NCBI GenBank assembly: GCA_965277805.1
Contig: OZ255842.1
Coordinates: forward strand, 736,001-800,000
Direction of reading: 5' to 3'
DNA length: 64,000 bases
Source of the DNA: Candidatus Lustribacter sp.
GTDB taxonomy: Bacteria; Vulcanimicrobiota; Vulcanimicrobiia; Vulcanimicrobiales; Vulcanimicrobiaceae
How positions within the stretch are numbered: the first letter of the stretch is position 1; every line of letters starts with the position of its first letter. Both the position numbers and the translations under genes were made by a program. Positions 9,507 through 18,961 of the stretch are shown one piece after another. The notes beneath the pieces were generated by a model, which worked only from the letters and a program-made list of their open reading frames with translations, searched no databases and was not told where the DNA came from.

Positions 9507-10973
9507 ATGACGCGTTCGGGCTCCGACTACCTCGCATCCATCAAAGACGACGGACGTCAGGTCTTCATCGACGGAGCTTGCGTTCGCGACGTCACGACGC
9601 ATCCGGCCTTTCGCGAAGCGACCCGCTCGATCGCCGCCCTCTTCGATGTCATTGCCGATCCGGCGAATCGCGAGCTCCTTACCTTCCCTTCGCCGGCGAC
9701 CGGCGAGCCGGTCAGCTTGGCGTACCTGATCCCGCGCTCGAGCGAGGATCTTACAAAGCGGCGCAAGGCGCTGTGGCGGCTGGCCGAAGAGTCGTTCGGC
9801 TATATGGGACGCACGCCCGAGCACGTCGCCGCGTTCTTCACCGCGTTCGCCGGCGCGCCGAGCGTGTGGGCGAAGACGAAGCCGCTCTACTACGAAAACG
9901 TCGTCAAGTTCTACGAGAAGATGCGCGATGAGAGCTTGTACGTCGCCTACACGATCGTGCCGCCGCAGATCGACCGCTCGAAGCCCGCGCACCTGCAGAC
10001 CGACCCGACGCTGTACGCGGGCGTGGTTGAAGAGAAACCGGACGGCATCGTCGTCAAGGGTGCGCAGATGCTCGGCACGGGCGCCGCGCTCGCCGACTAC
10101 ATCCATCTGAGCTGCATTCACCCGCTGCAGCCCGGCGACGACAACTATGCCATTTCGGTAGCGATCCCGTGCAGCGCGCCGGGCGTGCGGATCTATTCGC
10201 GCCGCTCGTACGCGGAAGGCGCGACCAGCATGTTCGACTACCCGCTTGCCGCGCGCTTTGATGAGACCGACGCGCTGCTGGTCTATGACAACGTCTTCGT
10301 TCCGTGGGAACACGTCTTCATCTATAAGGACATCGCGCTGACGCGCGCGTCGTTCTTCGAATCGTCGGCCCATTTGCTCGGCAACAACCAGGCGCAGATC
10401 CGCTTCGCAGTCAAGATGAAATTCTTGGCCGGGCTCGTGCGCACGGTCGCCGAGACCACGGGCTCGATCTCGCTGCCGCCGGTTCAAGGCGCGCTGGGTG
10501 ATATCGCGTCGCTGGCGGCGCTGGTCGAAGGCCTCGTGCTCGCACAGGAAGCGCACTGCAAGCTCGACGCCGACGGCCTGATGCGCCCAGGTGCGCAGGA
10601 ACAGTACTCGCAAATGGTGTTACAGCCGGAACTGCACAACCGCATGCTCAATGCGATTCGCGATCTCGTCGGCGGCGGCGTGATCCAGTTGCCGTCATCG
10701 GTCGAGGACTTTGCGAATCCGGAAATCGCGGCCGACATCGAGCGCTACATCCAGTCGCCCGGTGCGCCTGCGAAGGAGCGCGTCAAACTGATGAAGCTCG
10801 TCTGGGACGCGCTCGGCTCGGAGTTTGCCGGGCGCCATGCCCAGTACGAAATGTTCTACGCCGGTGCACCCTTCGTCACCAAGGGTCACATGTATCGCAA
10901 CTACGATTTCAGCGGCGCGAAGGCGCTGGTCGAACGCGCGTTGGCGGGCTACGATTTGGACGGGCGACGCTAG
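9507..10973 (+). CDS. 4-hydroxyphenylacetate 3-monooxygenase (HpaB-like) oxygenase component
   Basis: DVTTHPAF, MGRTPEH, PPQIDR, RFDETDA, SEFAGRHAQYEMFYAG. Confidence 0.9.
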   Translation: MTRSGSDYLASIKDDGRQVFIDGACVRDVTTHPAFREATRSIAALFDVIADPANRELLTFPSPATGEPVSLAYLIPRSSEDLTKRRKALWRLAEESFGYMGRTPEHVAAFFTAFAGAPSVWAKTKPLYYENVVKFYEKMRDESLYVAYTIVPPQIDRSKPAHLQTDPTLYAGVVEEKPDGIVVKGAQMLGTGAALADYIHLSCIHPLQPGDDNYAISVAIPCSAPGVRIYSRRSYAEGATSMFDYPLAARFDETDALLVYDNVFVPWEHVFIYKDIALTRASFFESSAHLLGNNQAQIRFAVKMKFLAGLVRTVAETTGSISLPPVQGALGDIASLAALVEGLVLAQEAHCKLDADGLMRPGAQEQYSQMVLQPELHNRMLNAIRDLVGGGVIQLPSSVEDFANPEIAADIERYIQSPGAPAKERVKLMKLVWDALGSEFAGRHAQYEMFYAGAPFVTKGHMYRNYDFSGAKALVERALAGYDLDGRR

Positions 10974-11947
10974 TGGAACGCGTTGCCGCTGCCGACCGGC
11001 CGGGACGCATCGACGTCCACTTTCATATGATCCCGCAGTTCTTTCGCGAAGCGGCGGAAGCCGCAGGCCGCCGGCCGGCGATCAGCAGCGGACTGCCGTC
11101 GTGGACGCCCGAATCGGCCGTGGGGCTCATGGACCGGGCGGCGATTGCGACCGCAATCACGTCCATCAGCGCGCCGGGCGTGCACTTCGGCGATGATCTC
11201 GCCGCGAAGAACCTCGCCCGGCAATGTAACGAGTACGCTGCCGGCCTCGCGCGCGAATTTCCGGGCCGCTTTGGAGGATTCGCCGTCCTGCCGCTGCCGC
11301 ATATCGAGTATTCGCTGGAGGAAGTCCGCTACGCGCTCGATACGTTGCACCTCGACGGCGTGCTGTTATTTGCGAATTGCCAAGGACGCTATCTCGGCGA
11401 CGCGCAGTTCGACCCGCTGCTCGAGGAACTCAACCGGCGGGGATGCATCGTGTTCATCCACCCCGCGCCGCATCCGGCCAACGCGTCGATCGGATTGGAT
11501 TTGCCGCAATTCGTGGTCGAGTACGTTTTCGACACGACGCGGGCGGCGACGAACATGCTCTTCAACCAAACCCTGACGCGCTTTCCGAACATCCGTTTTA
11601 TTTTAGCTCACGCCGGCGGCACGCTTCCGTATATCGCTTGGCGCGTCGCCAACTCGCCGCAGATCGACCCGAAGCGCTTCGGGGGCGTCACTGCGGCATC
11701 GATCCTCGAGCAGCTGAGCGGTTTCTGGTTTGATACCGCGCTCTCGCCCACCGCGCAAGCATTTGCCGGCGTGCGGAACGTTTGCGACGATAGCCACATC
11801 CTGTTCGGCAGCGATTGGCCATACGCGCCGGAGCAGTTGACCCACGCGTCGATCGCGGCTATCGAAGAAGAAGCCGGTATCGACGATGCCTTTAAAGACG
11901 CAATCAGGAGCGGGAACGCGCGCCGGCTGTTCGCGCGATTTCGCTAG
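10973..11947 (+). CDS. Amidohydrolase_2 family protein (aromatic decarboxylase/hydratase-like)
   Basis: IDVHFH, VFIHP, FDTTRAA, AHAGGTLP, FGSDWPY; coupled to the HpaB-like gene. Confidence 0.85.
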   Translation: MERVAAADRPGRIDVHFHMIPQFFREAAEAAGRRPAISSGLPSWTPESAVGLMDRAAIATAITSISAPGVHFGDDLAAKNLARQCNEYAAGLAREFPGRFGGFAVLPLPHIEYSLEEVRYALDTLHLDGVLLFANCQGRYLGDAQFDPLLEELNRRGCIVFIHPAPHPANASIGLDLPQFVVEYVFDTTRAATNMLFNQTLTRFPNIRFILAHAGGTLPYIAWRVANSPQIDPKRFGGVTAASILEQLSGFWFDTALSPTAQAFAGVRNVCDDSHILFGSDWPYAPEQLTHASIAAIEEEAGIDDAFKDAIRSGNARRLFARFR

Positions 11948-13172
11948 ACCCCGACGCCATCGCTAGCCCGGCACGCGAACGTGGGATTGCGAACACGAGC
12001 AGAATCACGACCCCGAGCGCGCAGCACGCGCTAAAGACGAAGGCGGAGCCGTAACTGACGGTGGAGGCGAGAAGTGCGAAGGCGATCGGTCCCAACGTTT
12101 GTCCGCCCTGGCCGGTGAATTGCCAGAGGCCGAGAAACGTTCCGCGCCCCTCGGGCGGTGCGACGTCGGCGCCGATCGTTTGCACGGAGCCGCCCGTGAG
12201 CGATTGCGTGACCACGGCTAAGAGAAACAGCGCCACGTACCAGTAAATGTCGAGCTGAAGGAAAGCGGAGACCGCCAGCGCGGCGAGGGCGCATGCGACC
12301 GCCAAGAATCCCGGTATCATCGTGCGCATGCGGCCCAACTTGTCGAGCAGCCAGCCCGCAGCGAATCCCAACGGCAAGGCGGTGACGGCGGCGGCGGTCG
12401 CGAGATAGCCGATCTGCACCGGTCCGAGACGGTATTGGAATGCCGCATAGAGATGGAAGAGATCCGCGAAGAACGGCCCGCGCGTCAGACCCGCAAAGAG
12501 CGCAACGCCGAAATAGGCGAGACGCGGAACGACGAGATCGCGCAGCGACTCGAGCAGGTTGATCCGCTTCGCATTCCCCGTCGCCGCAATGCGCCGCGGC
12601 GTGTCGCCGGCGAAGAGAACCGTCGGGACCAGTGCGGCCAGAGCCAGCAGCGCGTACGCGATGAACGGCGATCGAATCCCGAGATTGGCTGCGATGAGGC
12701 CGCCGATCATCGGGCCGACCAGCCGCCCGAGGTTGTCCATAGAATACATCCAGCTGATCTGCCGCCCGCGCTGATCCGGCGCCGCGCCGTGGCTGATGGC
12801 GGCGAGCCGCGAAACGAGCCACATTTGCTGCGCGAAGCCGCTCGCAAATCGCAACGCGAGCAAAACGGCAAACGACGACGTGTAGGCGATGCTGATCGCA
12901 GACACGGCAATGATGAGCGGGCCGGCGATGAGGACGGGGCGCCGGCCGAACCGGTCGACGAGCCATCCGGCGGGGATCGTGCCGCACAAGCTGCCGATCA
13001 GAAAAAACGTGATGACGCCGCTTGCGACGCCGAAGCTGACGTGGAACGAGCTTGCCAAGGCCGGTATTGCCGGCAACGCGATGCCGAGGCCGGTCGAGAG
13101 GATGAGGGCGGGCAGATACGTCGCGAGCAGCGCACGCCAGGAGAGCGCGGCTCCTGCGTCGTTCGGGGTCAT
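11904..13172 (-). CDS. MFS transporter
   Basis: Multiple hydrophobic helices, motif A GWLVDRFGRR and GWLLDKLGR; ATG 13172. Confidence 0.85.
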   Translation of the reverse strand: MTPNDAGAALSWRALLATYLPALILSTGLGIALPAIPALASSFHVSFGVASGVITFFLIGSLCGTIPAGWLVDRFGRRPVLIAGPLIIAVSAISIAYTSSFAVLLALRFASGFAQQMWLVSRLAAISHGAAPDQRGRQISWMYSMDNLGRLVGPMIGGLIAANLGIRSPFIAYALLALAALVPTVLFAGDTPRRIAATGNAKRINLLESLRDLVVPRLAYFGVALFAGLTRGPFFADLFHLYAAFQYRLGPVQIGYLATAAAVTALPLGFAAGWLLDKLGRMRTMIPGFLAVACALAALAVSAFLQLDIYWYVALFLLAVVTQSLTGGSVQTIGADVAPPEGRGTFLGLWQFTGQGGQTLGPIAFALLASTVSYGSAFVFSACCALGVVILLVFAIPRSRAGLAMASGSSEIARTAGARSRS

Positions 13173-13271
13173 TGTCCGGGGAATTGGCGCCGCATCAGAT
13201 CGTTCCCGGGCAGGGTTGGTCCTCGGCCCCAGCGGGAACATGACCCTTATGTACGTACCCGCCATCGGGGT

Positions 13272-15341
13272 ATGATGAGCGTTGCTGACGCGCTTCCCGA
13301 AGACTGCGCCGAGATCGGCCGTTTTTTGCGTGGCGATACGAGAATCGGTCAAACCTTGGCAGCGAATCTCTTCGGCGGCTGCCGCCGCAGCGATCCGCTC
13401 TTCGAGCGGGCCCGGGAGATCGTCAACGCGTTGATCTCGGGGTTCGAGGCGGGGGCGGACGACTTCGCCGCGCTCGGCATGACGTTCGGATCCCATGCCG
13501 GCCGCTTGTCGCGGGACTCCCGTATGTCGCGCATCGAGTCGCTGATCGTCGACGTGCCGGATGCCCTCGAACCGCGTTTGCGTGCGACCGCGCGCATGTG
13601 CGTTGCGCGCTTCGTCGGCGGCTATCTCGCTAGCGTCATCAACGGAGATGCCGCCTGGGAGTATGAGTTCACCGCGGTCATCGTGCGCCGCCTCGGCACC
13701 GCGCGCTCGGGCCGTGAGATTGCGAACGTCGCCGTCGAAGCCGGCAAACGCAGACTCCACGTTGACGTCGCGTTCGTGTTCGAACGGCAAGAGGAGCAAT
13801 GGTCGCTCCTCGCCGAGCGAGGCCTGCGGTCGGTGCGCGACGGCCACGCCGTGTGGCGTCTGCCGGTCGACGCCGTCGAAGCGCTGGCCAGCGGCGAACC
13901 GATGGCGTTCGTCGGCTGGGACGATGCGCCGGCGGAGTTGCGCGCGTTCGCGCGCACCGAGGACCTCGCGACGGCGCTGCTCGTCCCGCTCATGGTGGAA
14001 GGCGAATGCGCGGCGCTGCTCTGCTACGGCCGCCGCGAGCCGGTGCCGTTTACTTCGCGCGAACGCGCATTCGCGGGGATCCTGTCGGCGCAAATCGGCG
14101 CGCGGTCGCGAGAACTCCGCGCGCAATCGCGCAGTCGCGAGGCGCTCGAGGCGTTGCGCGCGTCCGAGCTGCGAACACGCGAGCAGTTGCGCAAGACCGA
14201 GCGTGCCGCCGACGTGTTGCAGCGGGCTTACATCCCGCGCGCGCTGCCGTCCCATCAGCACCTTCGCTTCGATGCGATGTATCTTCCGGCGGGCGACGAA
14301 GCGCGCGTGGGCGGCGATTGGTACGACGCGTTCGAACTCGACGACGGGCGGCTCGTATTTTCCGTCGGCGACGTCGCGGGGCACGGGCTCGACGCCGCGG
14401 TGACGATGGGTTTCGTGCGCCAAGCCGTTCGCATTGCGGCCATCGCCACCCGCAGCCCGTCAGATATCCTCGTCACCGCAAACCGTGCGCTGCTCTCGCA
14501 ACAGCTCTCGCCGACGACCGCGATCGTCGGCGTCTATGACCCGGCCGAGCGCGCCGTGCACTATTCGTCGGCCGGGCACCCGCCGCCGATCTTCGTCGAT
14601 GCCGGCGGCCCACGCCCGCTGCCTCACGGCGGCCTTCCGCTCGGCGTCGTGGAGGTTGCGGAGTTCGCGGTCGAGCGAGTCGAACTCGAAGAACATACCG
14701 CGCTCGTTCTCTACACCGACGGATTGATCGAACAGCACCGGGACGTCATCGCCGGCCTCGATCGCTTGATCGCGGAGATCGGCCGGCTGCTCGCACGGCG
14801 CGGCGAACCCGAAAACTGGGCGGCCGTCATCGCCGAGCGCGTCCTCGACGGTCCGGCGAACGACGATCTTGCCGTGCTCGCGATCCGCGCGGTGGCTGCG
14901 TCGCGCGAATCCGGAATCAGTGCGGTGCAGACGCATCGCGACACGATCGCCTGGGATTTTCAGGCTGCCGACGCACGCGCGATCGCGCTCTGCCGAAACC
15001 ACTTCATGCGTTTTCTCGAACCGCTCGTTCAACCGGGCAGCGACTTGTTTGGGACGGAACTTGCGCTCGGAGAAGTGCTGACGAATGCGCTCGTGCACGC
15101 GCCGGGTTCGATGCACGTCGAGCTGAGCTGGGAGGGGAACACGCCCGTCGTTCAGGTGCGTGATTGCGGGCGCGGTGGTTTACCCAATGCTTCGCTACCG
15201 GCCGATGCGCTCAAGGAGAACGGCCGCGGAATGTTTTTGGTCGAACAGTTTACCGAACGCTGCAGCGTTACTCGAACGTTCGGCGGATCCACGGTTACGC
15301 TGTGGCTGGCACTCGAGCGAAGGGAGGAGACGATACCGTGA
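13272..15341 (+). CDS. N-terminal helical domain + GAF + SpoIIE/PP2C + RsbW-like HATPase fusion
   Basis: GAF (LLVPLMVEG), GGDWYD/GDVAGHG/YTDGL/DDLA, then EVLTNALVHA, VRDCGRG, ENGRGMFLV. Confidence 0.85.
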   Translation: MMSVADALPEDCAEIGRFLRGDTRIGQTLAANLFGGCRRSDPLFERAREIVNALISGFEAGADDFAALGMTFGSHAGRLSRDSRMSRIESLIVDVPDALEPRLRATARMCVARFVGGYLASVINGDAAWEYEFTAVIVRRLGTARSGREIANVAVEAGKRRLHVDVAFVFERQEEQWSLLAERGLRSVRDGHAVWRLPVDAVEALASGEPMAFVGWDDAPAELRAFARTEDLATALLVPLMVEGECAALLCYGRREPVPFTSRERAFAGILSAQIGARSRELRAQSRSREALEALRASELRTREQLRKTERAADVLQRAYIPRALPSHQHLRFDAMYLPAGDEARVGGDWYDAFELDDGRLVFSVGDVAGHGLDAAVTMGFVRQAVRIAAIATRSPSDILVTANRALLSQQLSPTTAIVGVYDPAERAVHYSSAGHPPPIFVDAGGPRPLPHGGLPLGVVEVAEFAVERVELEEHTALVLYTDGLIEQHRDVIAGLDRLIAEIGRLLARRGEPENWAAVIAERVLDGPANDDLAVLAIRAVAASRESGISAVQTHRDTIAWDFQAADARAIALCRNHFMRFLEPLVQPGSDLFGTELALGEVLTNALVHAPGSMHVELSWEGNTPVVQVRDCGRGGLPNASLPADALKENGRGMFLVEQFTERCSVTRTFGGSTVTLWLALERREETIP

Positions 15342-15760
15342 GCGGACTGAACGAGCAGAGCGACATTCAAACGTGCCGCGAGCACCACGCGCATCTAGTG
15401 GATTTGCTGGCGAATCTGCCCGCGCTCGAGCCCGAAAATGCGGCGCCGTTGACCGAGCGGCTACGCTTGTTCAAGACCGTCTTGCTGCGTCATCTGCGTT
15501 TCGAGGACGATCAGCTCTACCCGCGTCTCCAGCGTTCCGCCGATCCGGTCGTCGTTGAAACCGCGACGCGCTATCAGCGCGAAATGGGCGGTTTGGCCGC
15601 GCAATGCGTTGCGTTCTTCGACGCGTGGGCAACGCCGCAAGCGGTTGAAAACGCGTTCGGTGCCTTTCTTACCGACTGGGCCGCCGTCCGTGTCGCGCTC
15701 GAACGGCGCATCCATGCCGAAGACACCGAACTCTACGAAATGGCCGAGCGCACAATTTGA
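15338..15760 (+). CDS. Hemerythrin-like (HHE) domain protein
   Basis: REHHAHL, HLRFEDDQLYP, RIHAEDTELY; GTGA overlap with upstream stop, SD GGAGGAG. Confidence 0.75.
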   Translation: MSGLNEQSDIQTCREHHAHLVDLLANLPALEPENAAPLTERLRLFKTVLLRHLRFEDDQLYPRLQRSADPVVVETATRYQREMGGLAAQCVAFFDAWATPQAVENAFGAFLTDWAAVRVALERRIHAEDTELYEMAERTI

Positions 15761-15806
15761 GCGGCATAGCGTGAGAACGTGCACGAGCCGTCGAACGGCG
15801 GCGCAC

Positions 15807-17543
15807 ATGCGAATTCTGCGTTCGGCGGCCCTGGTGCTCGTTGGGGTTCTCGCCGGCTGCGGCGGCGGTGGCGGTGCCACGCCTGCCGCGCAAGGGGCCG
15901 GGTCGGGCGCGCAAGGCGCAGGGACGATGTCGTTCAAGCTGACTGTCCCGGCCGCATCGACGACGAGCAGTTCCGTGCGGCGGACCGCGGCAATCACCCC
16001 GGCGACCGGCGGCGTGCTCATGCAAGCGTACGCGCACACCGACACGGCCCACGCGAACCCGATCGCAAGCGGCGCCTTCGACATCTCGAGCGGCTCGAGT
16101 CTTTGCGTGACCGGTCCGCCGCGGCTGTGCACCTTATCGCTCAGCGTGCCGGCCGGCTCGGTCGATATCGTCGCAACGACGTATGATGCCGCACCGGTCT
16201 CGGGCGCGTTCACCACGGCCCACGTGCTGGGTCAAGGCACGATCTTCGGCGTCATGGTCCTTCAGAATGCCACGAATGCGTTGAACCTCGTCGTCGGCGG
16301 CACCGTCGCTTCGGTTGCCGTAACGCCGGCGACGCAGACGGTCGCGATGTCGGCGCCGTCAAACTACAGCCTCAGCTTTACCGCTCGCGACGCGCAAAAC
16401 GAAGTGATCATCGCGGGGGCGAACACCGTCACCAACGGTGCGGGCAATACGGAAACCGACACGTTTTCCAATCCGATCGTCTTTCACGTCAGCGAAAGCG
16501 GCGGCACGGGGCATACGTTGCTTTCGCTCGACGGCGGAACGCACGCGCCGTCCGTCAGCGCGACCAAATCGTCGGACACGATCACCGTGTTTTACGACGG
16601 AGCCGCCGCAGCGGGTTATATTGCGACGATTTCTGCGACGGCCGCCGGTGCGAGCGCCGCGAGCGTGTCGATGAACCTCAACTCCGCCACCTCGATCTAT
16701 ATTGCAAATCGCAACACCGGCAGCGTCTTGGTCTTTCCGCTCAATGGGCCGTTCGGGAACGTCGCGCCCTCCCGGTCGGTCGGCGGTTCGAATAGCCCGC
16801 TCACCGATCCGGTCGGTTTGACCGTCGACGCGGCAGGCAACATTTACACCGAGGACGACAGCGGCACAACGGTCATCGTCTTTACGCCGGGCCAAACCGG
16901 CAACGTCGTCGCGTCGCGGACGTTCATGTCGATGACTGGTGCCTCGAGTGAAGGCCTCACGGTCGACGGATCGGGGAATCTGTACCAATCGTCGTACGGC
17001 ACTCCGTCGGTGCTGCTCCTGCCGTCAAATTCGTCCGGCACCGTCCCGCCGACACGCAACCTCACCGGGCCGGCGACGACGTTGAACCAACCCATCGGCG
17101 TGACCCTCGATAGCTCGAACAATCTCTACGTTGCGGATCGCAGCGGTCAGGCGATCGATGTCTTTGCGCCGGGCGCGACCGGTAACACGGCGCCGGCAAG
17201 CGTCATCACGGGCCCGGCGACAATGCTTTCAGACCCCGTCGCGGTGGCCATCGACGGAACCGGGCGCATCCTCGTCGCAAACGAATTTACCGGCATCACG
17301 ATCTATTCCAGCGGCGCGAGTGGAAACGTTGCCCCGGTAGCTTCGATCAGCGGTTCGAATACGCTTTTTGTGTCGCTGAGCGGTATCGGCGTCGATCCGA
17401 GCGGCGGATTTTGGGTTTCCGATCCGTCCGGCAATCAGCTCTTGAAATTCGCGACGAATGCGAACGGAAACGTCGCGCCGATCGCAACGATTTCCGGGGG
17501 CGCCACGGGCCTCGGCGACCCGCAGCAACTGACGATTCGTTAA
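15807..17543 (+). CDS. Lipoprotein with C-terminal NHL-like beta-propeller repeats
   Basis: Lipobox VLAGC; about six repeats of GNVAPxxxIxGxxTxLxxPxGxxVDxxG. Confidence 0.8.
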   Translation: MRILRSAALVLVGVLAGCGGGGGATPAAQGAGSGAQGAGTMSFKLTVPAASTTSSSVRRTAAITPATGGVLMQAYAHTDTAHANPIASGAFDISSGSSLCVTGPPRLCTLSLSVPAGSVDIVATTYDAAPVSGAFTTAHVLGQGTIFGVMVLQNATNALNLVVGGTVASVAVTPATQTVAMSAPSNYSLSFTARDAQNEVIIAGANTVTNGAGNTETDTFSNPIVFHVSESGGTGHTLLSLDGGTHAPSVSATKSSDTITVFYDGAAAAGYIATISATAAGASAASVSMNLNSATSIYIANRNTGSVLVFPLNGPFGNVAPSRSVGGSNSPLTDPVGLTVDAAGNIYTEDDSGTTVIVFTPGQTGNVVASRTFMSMTGASSEGLTVDGSGNLYQSSYGTPSVLLLPSNSSGTVPPTRNLTGPATTLNQPIGVTLDSSNNLYVADRSGQAIDVFAPGATGNTAPASVITGPATMLSDPVAVAIDGTGRILVANEFTGITIYSSGASGNVAPVASISGSNTLFVSLSGIGVDPSGGFWVSDPSGNQLLKFATNANGNVAPIATISGGATGLGDPQQLTIR

Positions 17544-17546
17544 TCG

Positions 17547-17966
17547 TCAGCGCGCGTCGCGCGTCTCGCGATCGTTCTCACGTTCCAATGCTTGGGCCAG
17601 CTCGGCCTTCGTCATGCGCGTCGTGACGGCGATCTCGCGCCGCTTCGCTTCGTCGAAGAGATCCTGTTTGGTGCGGCCTTCGACGTCGACCCCGCCGTAG
17701 GACGGACCGCTCGCGTTCGGACCGCCTTCCTTTGAACGCGGGTCGGACGGGCCCCGTTCATCTTTCGGTTCCCAATGGTCGCCGCGTTTTTCGAATGAGT
17801 GCTTGACCGACGCCCACGCCGCGCGGTGGGCGCGTGCCTCGTCGCCGTGATAGGTCTCCTCGGCATGTTCGAGCGTCGCTTCGTACGTGTCTTGGGCTTT
17901 TTTTGACGAGCGCTCCAGCGTCGACGGGAGCGAAGCGAACTCGCCGTGTTTTCCTTTGCTTGGCAT
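17547..17966 (-). CDS. ChaB family protein with C-terminal Rho-N-like helix pair
   Basis: LPSTLERS, RAHRAAWASVKHSFEKRGDHW, RMTKAELAQAL. Confidence 0.75.
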   Translation of the reverse strand: MPSKGKHGEFASLPSTLERSSKKAQDTYEATLEHAEETYHGDEARAHRAAWASVKHSFEKRGDHWEPKDERGPSDPRSKEGGPNASGPSYGGVDVEGRTKQDLFDEAKRREIAVTTRMTKAELAQALERENDRETRDAR

Positions 17967-18066
17967 CTCTATTTCCTCGCGTCTTGGACGGCATATACCG
18001 TAGGGCCGGCTGTTAGAAACGGGTCTGCCTCCGCCGCGCGGCTGACCGTGTTATGAGGAGGGCACC

Positions 18067-18912
18067 ATGGCCGATTCCGCTCTGCGCCTTCCCACCAACG
18101 CCCCCGGCGACGTGTACGTCGACCGGACGTGCATCGATTGCGATACGTGCCTGCACCTCGCGCCGGCGGTCTTTGACAGCAGCGGCGGGCGCTCGTATGT
18201 CCGCCGGCAGCCGCAAGGCGCGGACGACCTCGCCGCGACGCTGCGCGCGGTCGTCGCTTGTCCGGTCGGCGCGATCGGCGATGAACGTCACCGCTCGCTC
18301 GCCGCTGCAGCGGCATCGTTTCCGCTGCGGATTGACGGGCCGGTGTCGGAGCTCGGATTCCACGCGCGCTCGTCCTACGGTGCGAGCAGTTATCTGCTGG
18401 AACTGCCGGGCGCCAATTGGATGATCGATTCGCCGCGCTGGAACGCCGGTCTCGCGGCGGCGATCGAGCGGCTTGGCGGCGTATCGAAGATCTTCCTGAC
18501 GCATCAGGACGACGTCGCCGACGCGGCGCGGTACGCGAAGCGCTTCGGCGCGCAGCGGATCATTCACGCGCGCGATCGCTCGGCCATGCCCGATGCCGAG
18601 ATCGTGATCGACGGCGATGATGCCGTGACCATCGGTCCGTGCACCATCGTTCCGACGCCGGGTCATACGCGCGGTCATTGCGTGCTGCACTACGGCGACT
18701 ATTTATTTACCGGCGACCACTTGGCGTGGGACGCACAACGCGCGGAGCTGACGGCCCACCGCAACGTGTGCTGGTACGATTGGCCGACGCAGCTGCGTTC
18801 GGTCGCGCGCCTGCGCGAGCTCTCGTTTTCGTGGATTCTTCCCGGCCACGGCGAACGGGTGCACCTGGATCCGCCGGCTATGCGCGCGCTGTTGAGCAAC
18901 GTCGCCGCCTAA
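18067..18912 (+). CDS. 4Fe-4S ferredoxin-MBL-fold metallo-hydrolase fusion
   Basis: CIDCDTC...CP; THQDDVAD, TPGHTRGH, FTGDH, LPGHG; SD GAGGAG. Confidence 0.85.
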   Translation: MADSALRLPTNAPGDVYVDRTCIDCDTCLHLAPAVFDSSGGRSYVRRQPQGADDLAATLRAVVACPVGAIGDERHRSLAAAAASFPLRIDGPVSELGFHARSSYGASSYLLELPGANWMIDSPRWNAGLAAAIERLGGVSKIFLTHQDDVADAARYAKRFGAQRIIHARDRSAMPDAEIVIDGDDAVTIGPCTIVPTPGHTRGHCVLHYGDYLFTGDHLAWDAQRAELTAHRNVCWYDWPTQLRSVARLRELSFSWILPGHGERVHLDPPAMRALLSNVAA

Positions 18913-18921
18913 GCTCCGCAT

Positions 18922-18948
18922 TTCCAGGGAACTGCCCGATCCCTGGAA
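18922..18948. promoter_or_regulatory. Perfect 9-bp inverted repeat (operator or hairpin)
   Basis: TTCCAGGGA-N9-TCCCTGGAA directly upstream of the SBP-Rieske genes. Confidence 0.45.
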
Positions 18949-18961
18949 GAAGGTTCGCGCG

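Noticed and set aside
13173-14423. 5' extension of the 839-aa minus ORF, and the 12435-13271 extension of the plus ORF
   Set aside because: Antisense shadows of real genes in high-GC DNA; recognisable domains begin at 13172 (-) and 13272 (+).
16680-17543. Repeats as a DNA repeat array or CRISPR
   Set aside because: Degenerate protein-level propeller repeats only; no identical DNA repeats with spacers.
18067-18912. Ferredoxin-MBL fusion as a beta-lactamase or as electron donor for the Rieske/P450 enzymes
   Set aside because: The HxHxDH motif is degenerate, this fusion family is widespread on its own, and there is no evidence of coupling.
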